Below, one piece after another: positions 1 to 9,700 of a stretch of 64,000 nucleotides of DNA; position 1 is the first letter of the stretch, and each line of letters begins with the position of its first letter. The translations under genes were made by a program, and so were the position numbers. This DNA is from Ascoidea asiatica JCM 7603 (lineage: Eukaryota; Fungi; Ascomycota): assembly GCA_001600695.1 (NCBI GenBank), contig BCKQ01000001.1:2423520-2487519 (forward strand). The letters run 5' to 3'. The notes beneath the pieces are model-generated. The model ran no database searches and was not told the DNA's origin. It saw only the letters and a program-made list of their open reading frames with translations.

Positions 1-492
1 AGAAGAAACTAAAGGATCATCATCCAAATATTTTGAAGCAGAAGCTGGACTTGAATTTGTAACTGAGTTTGAAGTATAGTTATGAGATGGCGATGGAGGT
101 AAAGACTGATATGGAGTTACAGTCGAAGAACTATGCTGTCGAAGTTCATTGGCAGATAAATTCAACTCATTTTCCAAATTATGACTTTGTGATCTAATGT
201 TCAGCCTTTTAGGTAATGGTAAAGGAGAAAGTGAATTTGAAGTTTGTTTTGAAGTAAGAGTGAAATTTTTTCTTTTATTGTATTTAGAATTAGAAACTGA
301 ACTTAAATTACTTGAACTACTTGTATCGCTTTGAAATAAAACATCTTCAAATTCTTCTAAATATACTGGAGAAATTTTTAGAGTAACCAAATAAGATTTA
401 TTGTTGTTTTCTTTTGAAAAATTAGAAGTTGTAGATTTTGATTTATATTTACTTTTTGATCTTAGAGCAGCTTTTGAATTAGAGGATTTCAT
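1..492 (-). CDS. 5' part of an unidentified Ser-rich protein, runs off the left edge of the window
   Basis: ATG at 492 opens a stop-free frame of 164 codons to base 1 (MKSSNSKAALRSKSKY...KSYLVTLKISPVYLEEF...PYQSLPPSPSH...YLDDDPLVSS). Absent from the ORF track because no stop lies in the window. No family recognised. Confidence 0.7.
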   Translation of the reverse strand, partial: MKSSNSKAALRSKSKYKSKSTTSNFSKENNNKSYLVTLKISPVYLEEFEDVLFQSDTSSSSNLSSVSNSKYNKRKNFTLTSKQTSNSLSPLPLPKRLNIRSQSHNLENELNLSANELRQHSSSTVTPYQSLPPSPSHNYTSNSVTNSSPASASKYLDDDPLVSS

Positions 493-1815
493 CTTTAGTT
501 AGAAAAAATATATAAGTATTAGTTTTTTGAAAAAAACAACAGATGATAGAAAGGAAATTCTATAAGCTTTGGAGTATTTGAACTTTCGACAATAAGTTAT
601 AATTGTTTCCTTGAAATTAATTGAGGATAATCTGTTTAGTTTTTATTTTATTAACATCATTTGAAGAGTGTTTTTTGGACTTGTTTTTTATCAAAAAATA
701 AGTTTAGAGATAAAATCAAAAATAATGTACCCCAAGAACTAGGAAACTGGGAATCGGGAAATTAAAAATGGGAATTTACAAAATTGGGAAATAAATCAAA
801 AGTCCTAGACATGTGCGGAATACATCATCTTACCGCTGACTACAGTCCGGAGTTTTTGAAGGACCGTGTGTTGGAAGTGATATTTTGTTTTATTTATTAA
901 TCCGTAGTTTGCGCGGTTATTTTTTGAAAAGGCTGACGTAACACGGAATAGCCATTCCTCGCGCTTGCGCACATTCTCCTCGATGCGCAACAGTTTCCAC
1001 AAGGTGCGCAACAATAGTGCCCGCTGGAGCTGGCCAGAACGCTGACAGTCGTGTTCCAAGCTCCAGCGGTGCACACTTCATGCTCTGCCCGTAGCCAACA
1101 CGCTCCAATAGTGCTCTGCGTGCTCTGATCAGATGCTCTCTATCATAATAGCTACGGGCAGTAAGTTAGCTTTACCTAGTTTGCTTAACTATCAATCCAT
1201 CCATTTATTCACTATCTCCTCCATATTGAAATTTCATTACATATTAAATATTAAATATTAAATGCAGAGATTACAATACAAAAATTATCACTTACTAAAT
1301 ATTAAATATTCAATATCAAATATAAGAAACATAAACTATAAATTATTCAAAGATTATTTATTACTGACAATTGCTTATTACTATTCATTGCTTTTGAAAT
1401 TTAGACATTATACTCTACATATTTCTAAAGTCATAATTAAAACTGTGACTCCCATTGTTAAAATATAACTCATCCAATCTACAATATTTACTACAATACT
1501 TCTATTCAAAATTACAATTTAACTCTGTATTTGTTTTCTATTTGAATTTATCTGTCTTTCTATCTGTCTATCTGTCTTTCATCAATTTTTTAACTTTGAC
1601 ATATTTGAGTTTTTTCTTCAATCCTGTCAATATTTTCTATAATATCAGCTTATTAAAAAAATTTCAAACTTCTTAGTCTGTTATAAATCTTTTATAAATC
1701 ATTTTTCATCAATTTATAATCTCATAAATTTTTAGAAGTTTTCTATTAGAGAAATAAAAAAGCATATATTTTTTTCATTAAAACATTTAATTTACTCATA
1801 TATTATTAATTTAAA

Positions 1816-2569
1816 ATGCCTTTATGTGGAGGAGGTAAAAAACCTGGTATGTAAATCAAATATCTTTCATCTTAATATTTATCAAATATTCAATCATTTT
1901 TGAAGACATAATTTACTAATAATTTCCTTTGTATTTCTTTATTTTTCTTTAGAACAACGTAAAATTGTTATATTAGGTGATGGTGCTTGTGGTAAAACTT
2001 CTTTATTAAATGTCTTCACAAGAGGTTATTTTCCTCAAGTTTATGAACCAACTGTTTTTGAAAATTATGTTCATGATATATTTGTTGATGGTAAACCTGT
2101 TCAATTATCTTTATGGGATACTGCAGGTCAAGAAGAGTTTGATAGATTAAGATCTTTAAGTTATAGTGATACTCATACTATAATGTTATGTTTTTCAGTA
2201 GATTCTTATGATTCTTTGGAAAATGTTCAATCTAAATGGGTTGGTGAAATTACTGATCATTGCGAAGGTGTATCTTTAGTTTTAGTTGCTTTGAAATGTG
2301 ATTTAAGAAATAATGAAGATCAAGAGAATCAAGAGAATGCTCAAAACCCTCAATCTCAAATAAAACAACAAAAAAAATGTATAACTTATGAAGAAGGCTT
2401 AGCAGTTGCTAAAAAAATTGGTGCTTTAAGTTATTTAGAATGTTCTGCAAAAAAAAATAGAGGTGTAAATGAAGCTTTTACTGAAGCTGCAAGATGTGCT
2501 CTTAATGCAAAACCAAAAGGTGCAAATGATGAACAAGCTGATGAAAAGAAAGGTTGTATTATCATGTAA
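1816..2569 (+). CDS. RHO3: Rho3 small GTPase, two exons: 1816-1846 and 1953-2569
   Basis: Spliced product [49 protein letters not shown]...[17 protein letters not shown]...ALKCDLR...ECSAK...CIIM. Has the P-loop, Rho3-type effector loop, N-terminal Cys and CaaX box. Confidence 0.93.
1847..1952 (+). other. RHO3: spliceosomal intron of RHO3 (106 nt)
   Basis: GTATGT donor at 1847, TACTAAT branch-like motif at 1914-1920, pyrimidine tract, TAG acceptor ending 1952. Splicing restores the GTPase frame. Confidence 0.9.
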
Positions 2570-3199
2570 TATCATTATCATCTTCACTTATAACAATTTA
2601 TCTCAATTAATTTTTTGAAAAAAAAAAAACTAAATGGAATCAATCTAATCAATCTTTTAATCTCTTCAACTATTAACCTTTCAGCCTATTAACATATTAA
2701 TATATTCAATTAATCAATCAAGAGTTAAGAATTAATCTATTTATCTATCTATGAATTTAATTACTCTTTCCAATTTAAATAAATTTTTTTACAAATTTTC
2801 TGTTTTTACTCTTCTTCATTTTATTAATTAGTTAACTTTAATCATCGTTTATCTGTTTATTTTTTTTTTTTTTTTTTTTTTTCTTTCTTTCCAAAATTTT
2901 ATTAACTTTTATCAAATATTAAATTTTTGTTATATTTTGTCGTTTTTTTTAATGTTCTATTTTTTATTCGTTTTTCAAATTATACTTTTTCGCTCTTTAA
3001 TTGATATTTTTTTTAATATATATCTTATATTAATCTAATTTTTTATTCTTTAATTTTTTTTACTTCTTTATTTCTTGTTTTTTTTTCATTTCTTTTTGAA
3101 ATATCTAATAGTGAAAAAAAAATTCAGCAAAATAAAAAAAAATATCGGAATATATTTATTTTACTTTATTTATTAATATTTAATTAATATTTAGTTAAT

Positions 3200-5308
3200 T
3201 TATGAAGTTTTTAATTTTTCAACTTCTTTTTTTAAATCAATGACTAAATCTGTTAAAGTAGCAATTTTTTCATATAATTGAAATTGTTCCCAACCAATAT
3301 TGTTATCAACAGCTTTTTCAATTGGTGGTATAATATCATTAATTTTTTCTTTCCAAGATTCAAAATTTGAATTAAATATTGGATCTTCCATTTCACCTAA
3401 AGCTTGAATTCTTAAAGCTCTATCAATTCTATCTTGAGCAGTTGAAATGTCTTCATCATCACTATAAAAACCATCTTGTAAATCCCATTCATTATCAACT
3501 TCATTTGAATCATCAGAAAATCCTTTAAATCTATTATATTGAACTCTTTTAGCATCTTTGACTTCCCTAATTGAAATATATAATAATAATGGAGAATATA
3601 AAACTAACATAACTTTATCATTAAATTTTTTAAAATTTGAATTATCTAAAATTCCAACCCAATTTAATGGTAAAAAAATCAATTCAATAACATTTAATGG
3701 AGGTACATAAACGTTTTCATCAGGAGCTCTAATATATTTTAAAGTTTTATGAGCAACAGAAGCTAAAAATTCATCAATTGCATTATCATAAATATTTTGA
3801 TAAGCAGTATTATATAAAGCCATTAAAATATTTAATAAAATTACTGAAACAACAAAAGCATAAAGTGAATATAAAATATTACCATATGGAGCAGTAAAAT
3901 TTTGAAGTACATCAAATTCACTACCACCAATTACAGTTCTTAACATTACACCCATTACTAAATCAGTTATATCTCTTTTACCATCAGCAGTATCTAAACC
4001 AATAAAACCCTGTAAAAAACCTAAAATTACAATAATTAAAAGGAAAAAAAATAAAGCAGATTCTTTCATCATTACTTTTAAAACAATAATCATTGCACCA
4101 ACAAATTTATGAGCATCAAGATATAATAATAATCTTGACCACATTAATGGAGAAACACAAGCTAAAATTTTATATGAAATTTCATCATAAATTTGTTTTG
4201 AATTTTCAGATTCTTTTGATAAAGCAAAAATTCTAATTATAAACCAAATTGAAATAAAAGTATACATAATATCATTAAATACATTCCAAAAACCTAAATA
4301 ATTATAACCAACATGATATAATTTTGTAATTTCATCTAAGATATAACCAAAAGTAAAAATTGAAAAAAAAAATTCAAATATTGAAAATGGTTGAGAAACA
4401 ATATGACAATTTAAAACAATTGAAAAAATTAAAAGATATAAAATTGATAAAAAAATTTCCATAAGATTTTGATAAAGTGGAGTTTTAATTCTATCAGGAT
4501 CAAAATGAGATAAGAATCTAGTTGAATTTAAATTTTTATAAAGAATATAAGTTGATGGATCAATTTCAGATTGAATAATCCAACCTCTCCAAAGCCATTT
4601 CATACAACGTTGAAAACCAGAAGCACCAATAACAATAGTTGCATGTTGATCAACAGCTAATTCTAAAGCATTTAAAGGAGTTGAATCTTTACCATTAATT
4701 GAAATTGAATAACGTCTTGATAACATTTGAATAAATAAATAATTTTCATCAGAAGAATCAAATTTTTCAATAATTAATTTTGAAATTTGTAAAGAAGCAT
4801 ATTTTCTTGATTCATATAATTCTGAATCATGTAATTCAGATAAAGATAAAGAATAATACCATTCACTTAACTTTAAAAGAGAAAAAATTAAACAAGATTG
4901 ATATTTTTTAGTTTTTAATTTTAAATCAAGATTATTACTATTACTATTACTATTATTATTATTACCATTATCATTATCTGTATTATTATATTTGTCAGAT
5001 AGACAAGCAGCATCAAGAGCTAAATTTAATGATTTTTCATTTACAATTCTTGAATCTGGTTTTGTAATTAAATCAGGATCAAATTGAATTGGAATTAATT
5101 CATCAATGAAATATTTTAAATTTAAAGTAATTCTTAAAATTTGTTTTGAATTTGGTTTTTCATAGTATGAATCATCAATTTGATTTTGTAAAGTACTATT
5201 AGTATCATGATTTTCAATATTTACATTATTATTATTTTGAATCTGATTTTGATTCTCAGATGCTGAAAGAGAATTTAAAAAACTTTGATCTTGATCAGAA
5301 TATGACAT
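3200..5308 (-). CDS. YVC1: vacuolar TRP-family Ca2+/cation channel Yvc1 (TRPY1)
   Basis: Motifs LNALELAVDQHATIVIGASGFQRCMKWLWRGWI, HFDPDRIKTPLYQN, six hydrophobic helices and YIRAPDENVYVPPLN. First true ATG is at 5308 (MSYSDQ); the track's 5410 start is a TTG. Confidence 0.92.
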   Translation of the reverse strand: MSYSDQDQSFLNSLSASENQNQIQNNNNVNIENHDTNSTLQNQIDDSYYEKPNSKQILRITLNLKYFIDELIPIQFDPDLITKPDSRIVNEKSLNLALDAACLSDKYNNTDNDNGNNNNSNSNSNNLDLKLKTKKYQSCLIFSLLKLSEWYYSLSLSELHDSELYESRKYASLQISKLIIEKFDSSDENYLFIQMLSRRYSISINGKDSTPLNALELAVDQHATIVIGASGFQRCMKWLWRGWIIQSEIDPSTYILYKNLNSTRFLSHFDPDRIKTPLYQNLMEIFLSILYLLIFSIVLNCHIVSQPFSIFEFFFSIFTFGYILDEITKLYHVGYNYLGFWNVFNDIMYTFISIWFIIRIFALSKESENSKQIYDEISYKILACVSPLMWSRLLLYLDAHKFVGAMIIVLKVMMKESALFFFLLIIVILGFLQGFIGLDTADGKRDITDLVMGVMLRTVIGGSEFDVLQNFTAPYGNILYSLYAFVVSVILLNILMALYNTAYQNIYDNAIDEFLASVAHKTLKYIRAPDENVYVPPLNVIELIFLPLNWVGILDNSNFKKFNDKVMLVLYSPLLLYISIREVKDAKRVQYNRFKGFSDDSNEVDNEWDLQDGFYSDDEDISTAQDRIDRALRIQALGEMEDPIFNSNFESWKEKINDIIPPIEKAVDNNIGWEQFQLYEKIATLTDLVIDLKKEVEKLKTS

Positions 5309-6516
5309 ATTTGATAAAAAAAAAATAATATGGTGATGATTAATCAATATCCATACAAGATTGACCAGAGATAAATAGATAAATAAACAAAAGAGAGTAA
5401 AACAAAACAAAATAAGAGAAGAGTAAGAAGAAAAAGAAAATTAAAAGAGAATAATCAAAAAGAAAAAGAATTCCTTTTCTTTTTAATTTAATATCAATTA
5501 TTATTCATGTTATGAATTGGTATTATTCTTGATACATTAAATGAGTACCATACATAAGCTTAGAATTTTAGGTAAACTTTACTCCAGTTCTAAACAACGG
5601 TACGGTGGTGATCAATTTCACTTCTCAGCCGGCTGGGCGACTCAGCGGGCGGTTCGTATTCCACTGACGAGGGTCTAAAACTTCTCAAACTGTAGTGTAG
5701 CAGCATTACACCAGTACAGTAGTGGAGGGTTCGTGCGGAGCCACCTCCACTTTGGAAAACCGAGCATCCTGAAACCGCATTACGGATAGATTATTATCTA
5801 GGTTACGGATATACTAAATGCGGATTCAAAACTTTAGAGCCCTACATTACGCAGACCCTCTAAAATTGTAATTAGACACGTGTAATAAAGGGGTTTGAAT
5901 TCCCGTGACATAAGGGGACCCACACTTTGGGTGTCATGCTTTGCGGCAGTGTTCTGCGGCGGAGGTGTGGCTCGAGAAGTGTAGATTTGGGTGCCAGCGG
6001 AGTGGTACTGTAGTGGGTCTGTGGGAGCTTGCACGTTACGTTGTTGATTCATATTTACTGCTACAGATCTCATACTCTACTTTTTCACTACCGGCACTTG
6101 TACCACAGTGTTAGTGCTACTGTAGTTCCATTATTGGTTTTATCCCAAGAGCTTTGTGCAAATTTGTAATGCAACTACTACAAATCTGCAATTTATAAAA
6201 TAATAAAATTATATCAAACCATTTGTAAATCAAAAATACACTGTATATTTGTAAGTTAATATATACTGAGATATTCAAATATTATACATTTAAATATATT
6301 GAAATATATTATAATATATTGAAAATTTGTATATAAATTTGATTCTATTCATTTCATTCCTTAAAATATCTCCAATTCAATTCTTTCTTAACTATTCTTA
6401 TTCTGTAAGTGCCCTATCATATCCTCTGATATCCTCAATTATTTCCTCTTACCAATCCATCTTCAAATTTTTCATAACTCAATTTTTTTCTTTCTCTTTT
6501 TTCTTTGATAACTGTT

Positions 6517-6565
6517 AATTTATATCTATCATAAACAATTTATATCTATCATAAACAATTTATAT
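6517..6565. repeat. 20-bp tandem duplication (TATATCTATCATAAACAATT, about 2.4 copies) in the NST1 leader region
   Basis: Direct inspection. Confidence 0.85.
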
Positions 6566-6779
6566 TAGAAATTATATTTTTTGATATTAAATCGTATTAT
6601 ATCATATTCTCTCTTATCATATCATATCATATCATAGCATATTATATTAAATTATATTGATTTTCTTTTATTCGTCTTTATTTATTCATTCAATTCTTAA
6701 TTGTTTAAAAACAATAATAAAAATATAATATTCTTAATTCTAACAATATTCTTTTTAAAGTTTTTAAATTTTTAAAATA

Positions 6780-9700
6780 ATGGATCATTCATCATTAAAT
6801 GATTCAAAATATATAAGTGGTGATACAATCCATTTTGATTATAATCAATCTACAAATATTAATAATTCTGATAATATTTCAACAAAATCAAAAAAAAAAA
6901 AGAAAAAGAAAAGTAAAAATAAAAAATTATCAAATTCAATTGATCAATCTATTCAATCAATTGAATCTAACCAATCAAATCAAATTATTCAAAATGATAT
7001 AGATTTGGATTCAGATTATCCAACTTCAAGAACAATTTCAAAAGATTTAAATGGTGATATATTAATTAAAGGTTTCTCTGATTTAAATCTTAATACTAAA
7101 TTAAATCAATCAATTAATTCTGATAATGATTCAATATGGAATTTAAATTTAAATTCAAAACAAGAAGTTCAAAAAATTAAACAATTTTGGTTTGATTTAC
7201 CGATTAAAAAAAAAAGACAATTAATTAATATTGATAAAGAAACAATTTTAAAAACTTTATCAAATTCTTCTTTTAATAATTTATCATCTTTAAATTCTTT
7301 AAATTCTTTAAACCCTTTAAATTCAAATGATTTAAATTCTTCAACAAATAATAATAATAATAATAATATACATAATAGCAATAATAATAAAGGTACTAAT
7401 AATATCAATAATAGTCAATTAGTATCTCAGAATAATAATCAAAATCAAATTTCAAATTCAAAAAATAATAATGATGTAGAAAAAAATATTAATAAATTTA
7501 TAAATAATACTTGTCAATGTTGTGGAAGAGACACTTCAATAATTCAAGAAGAAATGAATTTATTTATTCAGTCTTGTTGTAAACCAAATAATAAATTAAA
7601 TTCAAACTTTAATTCAAATTTTAATTCAAATTTTAATTCAAATTTTAATTCAAATTTTAATTTTAATCTAAAAATTCCAAATTTAAAAGATATAAATAAT
7701 CAAGTAAATATAATTAATCAAAATAGTAAAATACCTTCTCATTCTTTCACTTCCCAAGATACTTTTAATGCTTTATCTTCTTTACAAAGTCAAATGAAAA
7801 TTCCTTCTCAACTTATTTCTCAATCTCAAACTAAATTTCAATCTTTAAATAATCAAAATTCTCCACAGATTCAATCGTCACATCAACTTCAAAATCAAAA
7901 TCAAAATAAAACCAATAATCAATCACTCATGAAATCTCAGACAAAATCTCAAAATCCATCTCAAAATCCATCCCAGAATCAATCTCAAATTTCAAATCAG
8001 AATACAGATCAAAGAATTAAATCACAAAGAAATAAACAAAATAATCGATTTAATTCTATAAATGATGATCTGTCTGTTAATGTTAATTCTTTTAGAAATT
8101 TTTTTCAAACATTTTTTCCTCAAGATCAACCTGCATTAAAAAATGTCGTGGAAGATTTAGCTCAAGATGATGGAAAAAGATTTATAGAAATTATTGAAAA
8201 AATAACTGATGCAAAAGTTTTTGAAGAAAATTCAGTAACCATTCAATCAAATAATTCAAATAATCAAACTGTTAAATTATCTTTAAACAATAATATTAAT
8301 AATATCACTAATGAATTAAATAATAATAATAGTAATAATAACAGAATCTCAAAACTTGACCAAAATTTACTTGATAAATATTCAATTATCGAAGAAATTA
8401 AAAATGATGAAATAAATAAAATTATAGCAGATTTAAACCCTGATGTTGATAGTGATGATGAAGATGAACAAAGTGATTATGAAGGTATAAATAATCAAAC
8501 TAATTCCTCTAATTATGATTCCAATGTATGTGGAATTTCAAGCCAACCTGGTATTACCAATGAAATAGATGATGATGATGATGACGACGAAGATGATGAC
8601 GATGAGGAAGTCGAAGAAGATGATGATGATGAAGAAGAAGACGATGAAAATCATGATTATGATAATTATCAATGTAATGATAGTGAAGAAGAATATGAAG
8701 ATTATGATGGCGAAGATGAAATAGATCAGCTATCAAATGAAAATGAGCATAATCATAATCATAATCACACTCACAATCATGATCATGATATTGATCATAT
8801 TCATAATCATAATCATAATCATTCAGACGAATATTTTGTTTGTCCTCATCATGGAACTCATAGAGTCCGAGATGCCATTACTGAAAACGATGAAGAATAT
8901 GAGGATGAGGATGATGAAGATGAGGACGATGATGACGATGAAGAAGAAGAAGAAGAAGAAGAAGAAGAAGAAGATGATGATGATGATCAGGAAGAAGAAG
9001 ATGATGATGATGATAATGATGATGGTAAAGAAAGTCGAAGTTATGATAATCAACAAAATTTGAATCGACATCATAATCGGTCACAACCAATTCCATTAAC
9101 TCCTGGGCAAATAGCTCTTGAAAATCAACTTAGATATAATGAAGGAAAAAATATTATACAATTAATTGTTTCCAAAGTTTTCAAAGAACGATTAATTAAA
9201 GAATTCAGGCTAAAAATGGCTGAAGAAAGACAGAATTTATTTGTTCAAGAACTTGAAGAAGAAGAAAGACAAAAAAGTTTACGAGAAGCCAAAAAGCAAA
9301 AAGATAAAGATAGAAAACGATTAAAAAAATTGGAGAAAAAGCAATTAGCTGAGGAAGAAAGGAAAAAAAAAGAAGCAGCTAGATTAGAATTGGAAAGAAA
9401 AAGGGAAGAAGAATTGAAACAAAAAACTGAAGAAGGAAGAAAGAGGAAAGAAATTGAAAGACAAAAAAGAGCCGAAGAAAAGAAAAAAATTCTAGAAAGA
9501 AAACGAGAAAATGAAAGAATTCGAAAAGAAAAAGAAGAGAAAAAAAGAAAAGAAGCAGAAGAAAAACGAAGAAATGAACTCGAAACTAAAAGAAAAATTC
9601 AAGAAGAAATAAGACTAGCAAAACTCAAAGAAGAGCAAGAAAGGAAAAGAAAGAAAGAAGAACAGGAAAGAAAAAGACAAGAAGAATTGAAAATCCAGCA

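Noticed and set aside
5309-5410. Upstream in-frame extensions of YVC1, RGS2 (31694) and TAF8 (48293) in the ORF track
   Set aside because: They begin at TTG, are only 22-34 codons long and reflect AT-rich leaders, unlike the long AUG-initiated ACC1 extension.
5628-5782. Ribozyme-like words: GCCGGCTGGGCGAC (HDV-like) and CTGACGA...GAAAC (hammerhead core)
   Set aside because: The HDV P1/P2 partner strands are absent; hammerhead stem I cannot form and stem II is marginal.
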